Source of the DNA: an uncultured Gammaproteobacteria bacterium
GTDB lineage: Bacteria > Pseudomonadota > Gammaproteobacteria > PS1 > Pseudothioglobaceae
Assembly (NCBI GenBank): GCA_929200175.1
Contig: CAKMYR010000001.1
Span: 1-48,552 of the forward strand
Direction: 5' to 3'
DNA length: 48,552 bases
Shown here: piece after piece, positions 18,390-29,472 of the stretch
Position numbering within the stretch: position 1 is the stretch's first letter
How the letters are laid out: each line of letters starts with the position of its first letter
Notes under the pieces: generated by a model
What the model saw: only the letters and a program-made list of their open reading frames with translations
Database searches by the model: none
Told to the model about the DNA's origin: nothing
Translations under genes and position numbers: made by a program

Positions 18390-19436
18390 ATGGCTGAATC
18401 AAAAAATGATGTTATTAGGTGTGAATCTGTATACAAAATATTTGGCGAAAATGCTAAAAAAGTTTTGCAAAACAATAACGGTAAAATTAACCAAAAAGAA
18501 TTTGAAGATAAAGGATGCTTTATTGGAGTAAACAATGCATCTTTTAGTGTAAAAAAAGGAGAAATGCTTGTAATTATGGGTCTTTCAGGATCTGGGAAAT
18601 CAACCTTATTAAGATGTATATCTCGTTTAACTGACACAACTGCTGGCAATATATTTATAGATAATGAAGACTTGTTGGCTATGAATGATAAAGAACTTAT
18701 TGAATTGCGTAGAAACAAAATGGGGATGGTTTTTCAAAGTTTTGCTCTTTTACCTCATAAAACAGTATTAGAAAATATTGCTTTTCCTTTACAAATAAAA
18801 GGAACTTCTACAAAAGATAGCATAGATAGAGCTATGAGCATGGTCGAACTAGTTAGCTTGCAAGGTCGAGAGAATAGTTTTCCACGACAACTATCAGGAG
18901 GACAACAACAACGTGTTGGAATCGCCAGATCTTTGGCTGTAGAGCCAGATATTTGGTTTTTAGATGAGCCTTTTTCAGCTCTAGATCCGTTAATTAGAAA
19001 AGAAATGCAAGATGAATTTTTGCGTTTACAAGGCGTATTAAACAAAACAATTTTATTTGTAACTCATGACTTTGACGAAGCATTACGTCTAGCAGACAGA
19101 ATTGCCATAATGAAAGATGGCATAATTGAACAAATAGATACTCCTTCTAATATTGTTTTAAATCCTGCCACTGAATATGTAAGCAAATTTACATCAGAAG
19201 TGCCTAGAGAAAGAGTTTTAAAAGTAGAAGCTATAATGGATGAATATGATTCTTCTAAAGAAAACGTTTTAAGCGATTTAAAAGTATCCAAAGATGCAAT
19301 TGTAGAAACAGTAGTAGAAAAAGTTTTCAGTCAGGACCATCCAGTACCTGTTATTGATAACAACAATAATATTGTTGGTGTCCTTAATTGCGACAATGTT
19401 ATCACTATGCTGTTTGGTGAAAAAACTAAAAATTAG
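18390..19436 (+). CDS. tmoW: ABC importer ATP-binding protein, ProV/OpuAA-like, with a C-terminal regulatory (CBS-like) tail
   Basis: 348 aa. Walker A GLSGSGKST, signature LSGGQQQRVG, Walker B IWFLDEPFSALD, H-loop VTHD, plus about 90 aa of C-terminal extension. Confidence 0.7.
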   Translation: MAESKNDVIRCESVYKIFGENAKKVLQNNNGKINQKEFEDKGCFIGVNNASFSVKKGEMLVIMGLSGSGKSTLLRCISRLTDTTAGNIFIDNEDLLAMNDKELIELRRNKMGMVFQSFALLPHKTVLENIAFPLQIKGTSTKDSIDRAMSMVELVSLQGRENSFPRQLSGGQQQRVGIARSLAVEPDIWFLDEPFSALDPLIRKEMQDEFLRLQGVLNKTILFVTHDFDEALRLADRIAIMKDGIIEQIDTPSNIVLNPATEYVSKFTSEVPRERVLKVEAIMDEYDSSKENVLSDLKVSKDAIVETVVEKVFSQDHPVPVIDNNNNIVGVLNCDNVITMLFGEKTKN

Positions 19437-19453
19437 TTTAAACTATTAAAAAT

Positions 19454-21517
19454 ATGGATAATATAAAAAAATTTAAAGATAGTAAATTAGCATTATTTTT
19501 AATAGTATTAACAATATTTTTTATACTAAACTTTTCAATAGATGAATCTAATGGTGTTCTTTGGCGATTACCTGCTCTCTTTGCTAACTTACCTGGAGCA
19601 ATAAATTCTTTTGTAGAAAGCCTAATAAATGATTGGTTTTTAATAGAGATATACGATCCAGATATAGAAGAATATGAAAAAACCGGACTAGTAAAAGAAA
19701 TAACTAGAACTTTTTCTGGCTTAATATTATTCTTTATTGAATTAATTCGTGAAATTCTGTTAGGTGGAGTAAATACTATAGCCTCTTTTACAGACTGGGA
19801 TTTCATTAACGAAAATGAATGGGCTAAATGGCCTGCACTACCTTGGACTATAGTTGCTGGTGGTGCTTTTATTTTAGGCTATGCTCTAAAAGGATTAGGT
19901 CTTTCGCTATTAGCTGGTCTTTCAGCTATGTATATTGCAATATTTGGACAATGGTATCCAGCTATGGAGACACTTTCGTTTGTTTTAATAGCAGCACCTT
20001 TTTCTTTTATTTTAGGTTTGTTATTAGGAATACTAGCGTATAAAAAAAGAACTGTAGAAAAGATTTTAGCCCCTCTTTTAAATATAGCTCAAACAATGCC
20101 ACATTTTTCTTACCTTATTCCCGTTGTTGCATTTTTTGGAATTGGAGATCAAGCCGGTGCATTAGCCACTATAATTTTTGCAACTCCTCCAATGATTCGT
20201 CTAACTATATTAGGATTAAAAAAAGTACCTCCTGAAGTTTTGGAATCTGGATTAATGAGCGGATGTACTAAATTTCAATCATTGTTTAAGGTTTTAATTC
20301 CAACTGCAAGACACGATATTCTTATTGGCATGAATCAAGTTATAATGCAATGTTTAGGGATGGCTGTTATTGCATCTTTTATTGGAGCCAAGGGACTAGG
20401 ATTTAATTTATTACTTGCTCTTAATGGACTTAAGATTGGTCAAGCACTAGAATTAGGCATATGTATTGTTTTAATCGCTGTTACATTAGACAAATTATCT
20501 TTAGCTTGGGCAAATAAACAAACAGATTATTTTTCTGATCTACCTTTTTTTGAACGTAATAAATATAGTGTTTTATTCTTTATAGCTTTTGTAGTAAGTA
20601 TTATTTTGGCTTATGTAGGAAGTATAATTTTCGAAGGAGGCATTAATTATTTTTATATTGTTGAACATAATAAAGGTCTTACCACTCAACATTTTTGGCA
20701 ATCAGGCATAGATTGGATAGTAGAAAATTGGTATGCAGGACTGCAAGGATTTAATAGTTTTCTTATAACTGGTATTTTAGTTCCTATGAAAAATGCATAC
20801 CTTGGTATGCCTGTTATAGCAACTTTTATGTTAGTAATGGGTGTTGGTTATATTGTAGGTGGCATCAAATCATCATTAATTGTTTGTGGTTTTTTAATAT
20901 GTATAGCATTTACAGAATGGTGGGATAGAGCTCTAATAACAGCTTACATGACTACTTTTGCTGTACTTGTATCTGCTGCTATTGGATTAATTGTTGGCTC
21001 TTTATGTGCTCAAAATAATCTAGCAACCAAAATTATTTTATTAGTTTGTGACACTTTTCAAACCCTTCCTTCTTTTATTTACTTGATTCCAGTTATTATG
21101 CTTTTTGGGGTAACAGATACATCGGTATTAATTGCAGTTATTGTATATGCAACTATACCTGCTACTCGTTATACAGTAGAAGGATTGCGCAATGTTCCTG
21201 TTTCAATGATAGAATCAAGCAAAATGTCTGGTGCTAATAAATGGCAACAACTAACTCAAATTGAATTCCCTTTATCAATGCCTCATATTTTATTAGGAAT
21301 AAATCAAACCGTTATTTTTTCACTGTTTATGGTAATAATAGGCGCTATGATAGGTACTGAAGATTTAGGTCAACTTATCTTAAAATCTTTATCTGATAAG
21401 AATGGAATAGGTAACGGATTAATACTTGGTCTTTGTGTCTCATTCATTGGTTTAGCAGTTGATCATTTAATTCAAGTCTGGTCTAACAAGAGGAAAAAAG
21501 ATCTTGGCGTAATATGA
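19454..21517 (+). CDS. tmoV: ABC importer permease with two tandem ProW/OpuAB-like transmembrane modules
   Basis: 687 aa. The EAA-loop region occurs twice: [43 protein letters not shown] and [43 protein letters not shown]. Confidence 0.7.
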   Translation: MDNIKKFKDSKLALFLIVLTIFFILNFSIDESNGVLWRLPALFANLPGAINSFVESLINDWFLIEIYDPDIEEYEKTGLVKEITRTFSGLILFFIELIREILLGGVNTIASFTDWDFINENEWAKWPALPWTIVAGGAFILGYALKGLGLSLLAGLSAMYIAIFGQWYPAMETLSFVLIAAPFSFILGLLLGILAYKKRTVEKILAPLLNIAQTMPHFSYLIPVVAFFGIGDQAGALATIIFATPPMIRLTILGLKKVPPEVLESGLMSGCTKFQSLFKVLIPTARHDILIGMNQVIMQCLGMAVIASFIGAKGLGFNLLLALNGLKIGQALELGICIVLIAVTLDKLSLAWANKQTDYFSDLPFFERNKYSVLFFIAFVVSIILAYVGSIIFEGGINYFYIVEHNKGLTTQHFWQSGIDWIVENWYAGLQGFNSFLITGILVPMKNAYLGMPVIATFMLVMGVGYIVGGIKSSLIVCGFLICIAFTEWWDRALITAYMTTFAVLVSAAIGLIVGSLCAQNNLATKIILLVCDTFQTLPSFIYLIPVIMLFGVTDTSVLIAVIVYATIPATRYTVEGLRNVPVSMIESSKMSGANKWQQLTQIEFPLSMPHILLGINQTVIFSLFMVIIGAMIGTEDLGQLILKSLSDKNGIGNGLILGLCVSFIGLAVDHLIQVWSNKRKKDLGVI

Positions 21518-21533
21518 AATAAGGAGTAGTTTA

Positions 21534-22874
21534 ATGAATTCTAAAGTAGCTATAATTGGTGCTGGACCTTCTGGATTATCACAATTAATATCATTTAAAT
21601 CAGCTGAAAATAATGGTGAAAATATTCCAGAAGTTGTATGTTTTGAAAAACAATCAAACTGGGGAGGATTATGGAATTATAGTTGGAGGACAGGCTTAGA
21701 TGCAAATGGCGAAATTTCCCATAGTAGCATGTATCGCTACCTATGGTCTAATGGACCAAAAGAGTGTTTAGAATTTTCTGATTACTATTTTGAAGACCAT
21801 TTTGATAAATTGATTGCTTCGTATCCACCAAGAGAGGTATTATTTGATTATATCCAAGGTAGAGCCGCCAAAGCTGATATAAGAGATAAAATAAGGTTCA
21901 ATACAACAGTAAGAGATATTCATTTTGATGACAACACTAAAATGTTTACTATAAGAGTACATGATCTAAAAAATGATATTTCTTATAGTGAAAAATTTGA
22001 TTATGTCATAGTTGCATCAGGACATTTTTCAACGCCAAATGTTCCAGAGTATGAAGGCTTTTCTCATTTTAATGGCAGAATTTTACATGCTCATGACTTT
22101 AGGGACGCTCTTGAATTTAAAGATAAGGATATCTTAGTAGTAGGTAGTAGCTATTCTGCTGAAGATATTGGCTCACAATGTTATAAATACGGAGCAAAAT
22201 CTATTACTAGCAGTTATCGTAGTGCTCCAATGGGTTACAAATGGCCAAAAAATTGGGATGAAAAGCCTGCTTTATTGAAAGTAAATGGAAATACAGCTTA
22301 TTTTGCTGATGGCAGCAAGAAAGATGTTGATGTAATTATCTTATGTACTGGATATATTCATCATTTTCCCTTCCTGCCAGACTCATTACGTTTAAAAACA
22401 AAAAATATTTTATATCCTTTGGGGATTTATAAAGGCGTTGTTTGGGAGAATAACCCTCAGCTAATGTATCTTGGAATGCAAGATCAATGGTACACATTTA
22501 ACATGTTTGATGCTCAAGCATGGTATGCAAGAGACGTTATTATGGGGAAAATCAAACTACCTACAGTTGCGAAAATGAAAGAACATACTAAAAAATGGCA
22601 TGAGCTTGAAAAGGCTGATACAAGCGTAGCATATGCTTACAAGTTTCAAGGAGATTATGTACAAATGTTAATTGATGAGACTGATTATCCAAATTTTGAT
22701 ATTGAAGGTGTTAGGCTCACTTTTTTAGAATGGAAAAATAACAAAAAAGAAAGTATTATGGGATTCAGAGATAAATCTCATAAATCTTTAATGACAGGTA
22801 GCCAGTCTCCTCCACATCATACTCCATGGATAGATGCTTTGGATGATTCACTAGAAGCATATTTAAATAACTAA
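21534..22874 (+). CDS. tmm: Flavin-containing monooxygenase, probable trimethylamine monooxygenase
   Basis: 446 aa. FAD motif [12 protein letters not shown]-identifying motif [11 protein letters not shown] (FxGxxxHxxxF/Y) and NADPH motif [20 protein letters not shown]. Linked to tdm and tmoXWV. Confidence 0.8.
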   Translation: MNSKVAIIGAGPSGLSQLISFKSAENNGENIPEVVCFEKQSNWGGLWNYSWRTGLDANGEISHSSMYRYLWSNGPKECLEFSDYYFEDHFDKLIASYPPREVLFDYIQGRAAKADIRDKIRFNTTVRDIHFDDNTKMFTIRVHDLKNDISYSEKFDYVIVASGHFSTPNVPEYEGFSHFNGRILHAHDFRDALEFKDKDILVVGSSYSAEDIGSQCYKYGAKSITSSYRSAPMGYKWPKNWDEKPALLKVNGNTAYFADGSKKDVDVIILCTGYIHHFPFLPDSLRLKTKNILYPLGIYKGVVWENNPQLMYLGMQDQWYTFNMFDAQAWYARDVIMGKIKLPTVAKMKEHTKKWHELEKADTSVAYAYKFQGDYVQMLIDETDYPNFDIEGVRLTFLEWKNNKKESIMGFRDKSHKSLMTGSQSPPHHTPWIDALDDSLEAYLNN

Positions 22875-22882
22875 CTAATATT

Positions 22883-23716
22883 ATGGATATAATTGATGGA
22901 AAAGAACTTGCTAGACAAATTAGACAGCAAATAAAAAAAGAAGTTGAAACCTTTAGTAGACCTCCAGGTTTGGCGGTAATATTAGTAGGAGATGATCCTG
23001 CCTCTCAAGTTTATGTAAAAAACAAGACCAATGCTTGTGTAGAAGTTGGTTTTTATTCTGATCAAATACATAAATCAAGCAATATTACACAAGAAGAATT
23101 ACTATCAGAAATAAAAAGATTAAATGAAAATAAAATTATAGATGGCATTTTAGTTCAACTACCTTTACCTGAACATATTAATGAAAAGGCTATAATTGAA
23201 GCTATTATTCCTGAAAAAGATGTAGATGGATTTAGTAGTGAGAATATCGGAAAATTAATGCAAAATAAATCCTTTATTAGGCCTTGTACTCCTAAAGGAA
23301 TTATGAATATGTTATCAACTATAGACATTGACTTAAATGGAAAAGACTGCGTTGTTATAGGAGCATCTAACATAGTTGGCAGACCTATGGCTATGGAGTT
23401 ATTAAATGCAGGCGCGACTGTTACAATTTGTCACAAACTAACCAAAAATATCACTGCTAAAACTAACAATGCTGATGTTGTTATAGCGGCAGCTGGAGTT
23501 GGTAATTTAGTTAAAAAAGATTGGGTAAAACAAAATTCTGTAGTTATTGATGTAGGAATAAACAGAATGGATGACGGAAAAATAGTAGGAGATGTTGATT
23601 TTGAATCAGTTAAAGATAAAGTATCTGCTATCAGTCCAGTTCCTGGCGGAGTTGGACCTATGACAATTGCTACTTTATTGGAAAACACAGTAATAGCATA
23701 CAAATCTAGAGTTTGA
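22883..23716 (+). CDS. folD: Bifunctional 5,10-methylene-tetrahydrofolate dehydrogenase/5,10-methenyl-tetrahydrofolate cyclohydrolase
   Basis: 277 aa. Motifs IIDGKELA, YVKNK, LVQLPLP, GRPMAMELL and PVPGGVGPMT. Starts 8 nt after the tmm stop. Confidence 0.92.
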   Translation: MDIIDGKELARQIRQQIKKEVETFSRPPGLAVILVGDDPASQVYVKNKTNACVEVGFYSDQIHKSSNITQEELLSEIKRLNENKIIDGILVQLPLPEHINEKAIIEAIIPEKDVDGFSSENIGKLMQNKSFIRPCTPKGIMNMLSTIDIDLNGKDCVVIGASNIVGRPMAMELLNAGATVTICHKLTKNITAKTNNADVVIAAAGVGNLVKKDWVKQNSVVIDVGINRMDDGKIVGDVDFESVKDKVSAISPVPGGVGPMTIATLLENTVIAYKSRV

Positions 23717-23725
23717 TAAATAAAG

Positions 23726-24250
23726 CTATTTATTAATTCCTATTTTTTGCCATTCAAAACATTTGCCTGGATCAGTTTTTCTATCTGGAGAAATGTCGCT
23801 ATGTCCAACAATATCATTAATTACATACTTAGACTTTAATAATTTTATTACCTTATTGAGTGATTTATATTGATGTATTTCATAAGGAATATTATCGCTA
23901 CCTTCAAGTTCGATACCGATTGAAAAATCATTACAATTGTTTTTACCGTTAAAGCTAGATTTTCCAGCATGCCAGGCACGCTTATCAAATGAAACAAATT
24001 GTAAAATAGAGCCATCTCTCTTTATTAATAAATGAGCGGAAACCTTAAGATTAGCAATAGTTTTAAAATAAGGGTGTGCATCAATATCTAGTTTATTAAG
24101 AAAAAAATGCTCTATATAATCGTTATTAAAATTATTTGGAGGTAAAGATATATTGTGAATTACAATCATCGATATATCTTTATTGAGACGATCGTCTTGA
24201 TTATCAGTTATGCATTGTCTAGCAAAGGTTAACTTATGGTTCACTATCAT
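23726..24250 (-). CDS. ampD: 1,6-anhydro-N-acetylmuramyl-L-alanine amidase AmpD
   Basis: 174 aa. Motifs VIHNISLPP, AWHAG, IGIELEG and VGHSDISPDRKTDPG. Confidence 0.88.
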   Translation of the reverse strand: MIVNHKLTFARQCITDNQDDRLNKDISMIVIHNISLPPNNFNNDYIEHFFLNKLDIDAHPYFKTIANLKVSAHLLIKRDGSILQFVSFDKRAWHAGKSSFNGKNNCNDFSIGIELEGSDNIPYEIHQYKSLNKVIKLLKSKYVINDIVGHSDISPDRKTDPGKCFEWQKIGINK

Positions 24251-24346
24251 ATAAAAATCATAAATCTTTTAATTAATAAACCCAATATTTTAATTTATTA
24301 ATACTAATAATAAAATATTTAGAATCTTATATGCAGCAATTTAAAC

Positions 24347-25951
24347 CTAAGCATTAATGCGTTTATTAATAGTCCATTGTTGCGCTATTGACAATATATT
24401 ATTAGTAACCCAATAAAGCACTAATCCCGATGGAAACCATAAAAATAAAACGGTAAATATAAATGGCAACATCATCATAATTTTGGCTTGAGTTGGGTCA
24501 GTTGGTGGAGGGTTTAATTTTTGTTGAATAAACATAGACACTCCCATTATTACAGGCAATATATAATAAGAGTCTTTCGATGATAAATCGTCAAGCCACC
24601 AAAATTCTGTATTTCTAAGCTCCACAGTATCTAATAACATCCAATAAAAAGCTATAAATACTGGGATTTGTAATAAAATAGGCAAACATCCTGCTGCTGG
24701 GTTAATTTTCTCTTGTTTATATAACTCCATGGTTTTTTGGCTAAGCTTTTTTTTATCTTCTCCATAAGTGTCTCTAAGGGTTTTTATTCTAGAAGATATT
24801 TTTCTCATTCCTGCCATTGAACGATAGGATTTTTCACTTAAAGGATAGAATATAACTTTTATAAAAATGGTAATAATAATAATTGACAGCCCCCAACTAT
24901 TTACAAAATTATTAATTTTATGTATAAGCCAAGATAAAGGCGATGCTAGTATATCCAGCCATCCATAGTCAAGAGTGTAGTTTAATCCAGTAGCTATTTG
25001 CTCAATTTTTCCGTATTCTTTAGGGCCTAAATATAAATTATTAGTCTCTAATGTGACACTGCTTGCAGGCATGATATTAATTTGCTGATTTTCATTAGTT
25101 AACCTATACGTGTTATTACTAGTACTAGCCGATAAAATTTGTGGCTGATTTTGGTTTGGAATCCAGGCCGAAATAAAATATTGCTGTATCATTGCCGTCC
25201 ATCCACCCATTGCATTTTGTTGTTTAAAATCATTCCAATCTTCTAAATCATTTTTTTGTACTTTATGTGTTGCTTTATCATAAATAGCACCTCCGACAAA
25301 TGTAGGCATAAAAAAGTTGCTATCGTCATTTGCACCTCTTATTAAACGCACATAACTTTTAACAGGAATTTCTTTATCAGAATTATTTTCAATTTGATAA
25401 TCAACTTTAACTACATAACTTCCTTGTTTAAAATGAAAATTCTTAATAACTTTTATTTTTTTAGATTTATCCTCCCATGTAAATGGAACGGTTAGAGTGT
25501 CAGAATTTAGTACATAGCTATCTTGAATAGAATTAAATTTAGATGATATAGTAGGCAATAAACCATTTGAAGCAAGACCGCTTTGCGCTTGTAATAAAGA
25601 TTCACGCTTGTTACTTAATAAGTGTAATTTTTTTTGCTCATCATTTCTATCTGAATAATTATTTAAAAAAGCATTTTGGATATTTCCGCCTTTATGGTTA
25701 ATTTCTATAGTTAATAAATCAGTAACTACTTTGGTAAAATTAGTCTCATCGGATACATCAACTATAGGATCGACATTGGTAACATTAGTACTAATTTTTG
25801 GTAAATCAGCATTTTGTTCTGGCAAATTATCTGATACCTGAGCTTTATTATTAGTGTCAATATTATCTTGGTCTTTTATTTGCCATTTGTCCCAAAGTAT
25901 AAATACTGTTAAAAAAATAGCGATAATTAAAAATAATTTTTGGTTTTCCAT
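24347..25951 (-). CDS. yidC: Membrane protein insertase YidC
   Basis: 534 aa. It has an N-terminal TM segment, a large periplasmic domain and a conserved C-terminal core (YPLSEKSYRSMAGMRKI, GCLPILLQIPVFIAFYW). Follows yidD-rnpA-rpmH. Confidence 0.93.
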   Translation of the reverse strand: MENQKLFLIIAIFLTVFILWDKWQIKDQDNIDTNNKAQVSDNLPEQNADLPKISTNVTNVDPIVDVSDETNFTKVVTDLLTIEINHKGGNIQNAFLNNYSDRNDEQKKLHLLSNKRESLLQAQSGLASNGLLPTISSKFNSIQDSYVLNSDTLTVPFTWEDKSKKIKVIKNFHFKQGSYVVKVDYQIENNSDKEIPVKSYVRLIRGANDDSNFFMPTFVGGAIYDKATHKVQKNDLEDWNDFKQQNAMGGWTAMIQQYFISAWIPNQNQPQILSASTSNNTYRLTNENQQINIMPASSVTLETNNLYLGPKEYGKIEQIATGLNYTLDYGWLDILASPLSWLIHKINNFVNSWGLSIIIITIFIKVIFYPLSEKSYRSMAGMRKISSRIKTLRDTYGEDKKKLSQKTMELYKQEKINPAAGCLPILLQIPVFIAFYWMLLDTVELRNTEFWWLDDLSSKDSYYILPVIMGVSMFIQQKLNPPPTDPTQAKIMMMLPFIFTVLFLWFPSGLVLYWVTNNILSIAQQWTINKRINA

Positions 25952-25954
25952 AAT

Positions 25955-26185
25955 TTATAACTTGTTAATCTTGCTGTCAGGAACAGGATCAAAGCCTTCT
26001 TTGCCCCAGGGATGACATTTGCTAATGCGTTTTATACTTAGATATATACCTTTAAAAAACCCATATTTTTTAACTGATTCAAAAGAATATTGTGAGCAAG
26101 TTGGCTCAAAACGACAATTATTGCCCAATAAAGGACTAATTAAGAATTGATACATCTTAATAAGTGCAAGCAATAAATAACTCAT
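25955..26185 (-). CDS. yidD: Membrane protein insertion efficiency factor YidD
   Basis: 76 aa. Motifs CRFEPTCSQY and CHPWGKEGFDPVP. Confidence 0.9.
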   Translation of the reverse strand: MSYLLLALIKMYQFLISPLLGNNCRFEPTCSQYSFESVKKYGFFKGIYLSIKRISKCHPWGKEGFDPVPDSKINKL

Positions 26186-26192
26186 AATAAAA

Positions 26193-26528
26193 TTAAGTTT
26201 TAGTAATTTTTTGTAACAATGTTAATAATTCATCAGTTAACAACTTATTTGTTACAAGTTTAAATTTTCTAATCATAATTACAAAATCCCAATTATCTAA
26301 ACATTTCTGATTTAACCTAAATGTCTCTCTTGCTATCCTTTTAAGTCTATTTCTGTCAACTGACAAACGGCAATATTTTTTTGATATAGCTAATCCTATA
26401 CGAGGCCTGCTTTTAATAGGCTTGGCGACAATTCTCCAATAATTACCCTTTATAGATTTACCATGTTTGAAAACAAGCTTATATTCATAAGGTTTTGATA
26501 TTTTACTACTAACCAAGGCTGTAGTCAT
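26193..26528 (-). CDS. rnpA: Ribonuclease P protein component
   Basis: 111 aa, basic. Motifs GLAISKKY and NRLKRIARETFR. Positioned directly downstream of rpmH. Confidence 0.88.
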   Translation of the reverse strand: MTTALVSSKISKPYEYKLVFKHGKSIKGNYWRIVAKPIKSRPRIGLAISKKYCRLSVDRNRLKRIARETFRLNQKCLDNWDFVIMIRKFKLVTNKLLTDELLTLLQKITKT

Positions 26529-26529
26529 T

Positions 26530-26670
26530 TTAAACGGCTAAAAGCTTTCTTCCTTTTCTTCTACGAGCATTAATTATTGCACGACCCGCTCTAGTTTTCA
26601 TTCTAGCCCTAAATCCATGATTACGCTTACGCTTTAAAACGCTTGGTTGAAAGGTTCTCTTTTGCTTCAT
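26530..26670 (-). CDS. rpmH: 50S ribosomal protein L34
   Basis: Not in the ORF track because it is too short. Reverse-strand translation gives [46 protein letters not shown] (46 aa), the L34 signature. Confidence 0.93.
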   Translation of the reverse strand: MKQKRTFQPSVLKRKRNHGFRARMKTRAGRAIINARRRKGRKLLAV

Positions 26671-26970
26671 AAATAGTATAAATATAAAACCTTTTATTTT
26701 ACCATAAACTAATTTAAATTTACTTTATCTAAAAGATAAAACTTTATAGAATTAAAACAAACTAATTAACTTAAAAAAGTCTTTTTTCTAAAAAAAATTA
26801 TAAATAAAAAATTTCAATCCTTATGACAAAATTGACGCTAGTTATATTATGCTGTTTATAATGACTAGATAATTTATTCTGAATTACATTCAAAATGACA
26901 ATTATTATTGAATCTGTTTTTGTAATATAAAACTTAGTGTAGAAAAATATAATGTATTAAAGCTTTAAAA

Positions 26971-27060
26971 TGGCGGAGGGACAGGGATTTGAACCCTGGA
27001 AGAGAATAACCTCTTGCCGGTTTTCAAGACCGGTGCATTCAACCGCTCTGCCATCCCTCC
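26971..27060 (-). tRNA. tRNA-Ser (anticodon UGA), type II with long variable arm, CCA encoded
   Basis: The reverse complement reads GGAGGGATGGCAGAGCGGTTGAATGCACCGGTCTTGAAAACCGGCAAGAGGTTATTCTCTTCCAGGGTTCAAATCCCTGTCCCTCCGCCA. Acceptor GGAGGGA pairs with TCCCTCC. The anticodon stem is CCGGT/ACCGG with loop CTTGAAA (anticodon TGA). The T-arm is CAGGG-TTCAAAT-CCCTG. Confidence 0.92.
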
Positions 27061-27166
27061 TGCGGTTAGTCATGATACCTTATTATATAGTTGAATATAA
27101 AAATACTTTGGTTCGTAGACTATTTTTAAGTATAATTTAGCTTTTTTAGTTTTGTAAATAAATCTT

Positions 27167-27403
27167 ATGGCTAAAGTATGTCAAGTAACTGGTAAACGAC
27201 CAATGCATGGTAAAAATGTTTCTCATGCACACAATAAAGTAAATAAACGCTTTTATCCTAATCTGCACACACATCGTTTTTGGGTAGATAGTGAAAATCG
27301 TTTTGTTAAAATTAAATTATCGGCTAAAGGTCTACGCATTATTGATAAAAAAGGAATTGAATCTGTATTATCAGAAATGCGTCTTAGAGGTGAAAATATT
27401 TAA
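27167..27403 (+). CDS. rpmB: 50S ribosomal protein L28
   Basis: 78 aa beginning [24 protein letters not shown]. Confidence 0.95.
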   Translation: MAKVCQVTGKRPMHGKNVSHAHNKVNKRFYPNLHTHRFWVDSENRFVKIKLSAKGLRIIDKKGIESVLSEMRLRGENI

Positions 27404-27405
27404 TT

Positions 27406-27561
27406 ATGAGAGAGAAAATCAAGCTTGTATCATCAGCTAAAACTGGTCATTTTTATACAACAACTAAAAATAAACGCTTGCATCCAGAAAAAGTTGAAAT
27501 TAAAAAATTCGACCCAGTAGTCAGAAAGCATGTAATTTATAAAGAAGCTAAAATTAAATAA
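27406..27561 (+). CDS. rpmG: 50S ribosomal protein L33
   Basis: Not in the ORF track. The ATG at 27406 translates to [51 protein letters not shown] (51 aa). Canonical rpmB-rpmG pairing. Confidence 0.92.
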   Translation: MREKIKLVSSAKTGHFYTTTKNKRLHPEKVEIKKFDPVVRKHVIYKEAKIK

Positions 27562-27572
27562 CTATTTAATTT
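27551..27572. terminator. AT-only palindrome between convergent rpmG and atpC (possible weak bidirectional terminator)
   Basis: AAATTAAATA-AC-TATTTAATTT is a perfect 10-bp inverted repeat overlapping the rpmG stop, with T-runs on either side. The all-A/T stem would be very weak. Confidence 0.2.
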
Positions 27573-27994
27573 TTATAATTTAGACTTCTTATTACGTGCC
27601 TTAGCTATCATTTGCAACTGCATCATAGATTCTGCCAAAGCCGCCTGGGTTGCAGCCATATCTTTTTTGGTGCCAGACTCAGACATGGCTTGTTGTGCTC
27701 TTTGTTTTGCTTCTAAGGCTTTAGTTTCATCTAAATCTTCTGCTCTAATAGCAGTATCTGAAAAAATAGTAACCGTAGAAGGTTGAACTTCAACAATACC
27801 TCCAGACACATAAATTGATTCCATCCCTTTATCTGTTTCTATTCTAACTTCTCCAGGCTTTAATGTTGATAAAAGAGCAGTATGATTTGGATAAATGCCT
27901 AATTCACCCATTGAAGCTGGCGCGAAAACACAATTAGCATCTCCAGAGTAAATTGCCTCTACTGCACTAACTACATCCACATGAATAGTCGGCA

Positions 27995-27995
<1 letters not shown>
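27573..27995 (-). CDS. atpC: F0F1 ATP synthase subunit epsilon
   Basis: 140 aa, last gene of the atp operon. Its start overlaps the atpD stop (TAATG). The N-terminus is MPTIHVDVVSAVEAIYSG. Confidence 0.92.
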
Positions 27996-29410
<1,415 letters not shown>

Positions 29411-29472
29411 TCATAAGTTAGCTAACTACAAAAACTTATATATTAAATTTTTTATATATATTTCCTTGTAAA

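Noticed and set aside
9824-23716. Claiming horizontal transfer of the island from GC content
   Set aside because: The island looks somewhat less AT-rich than neighbours such as the nuclease or cca genes, but so do conserved core genes such as atpD and atpA. Without computed composition or codon statistics and phylogenies, the difference cannot be separated from protein-conservation effects.
26671-26970. Possible replication origin or dnaA locus, because rpmH-rnpA-yidD-yidC usually neighbours dnaA/oriC
   Set aside because: No dnaA gene is present, and I found no TTATCCACA-type DnaA boxes or 13-mer AT repeats in the 300-bp spacer. A tRNA-Ser and rpmB-rpmG follow instead.
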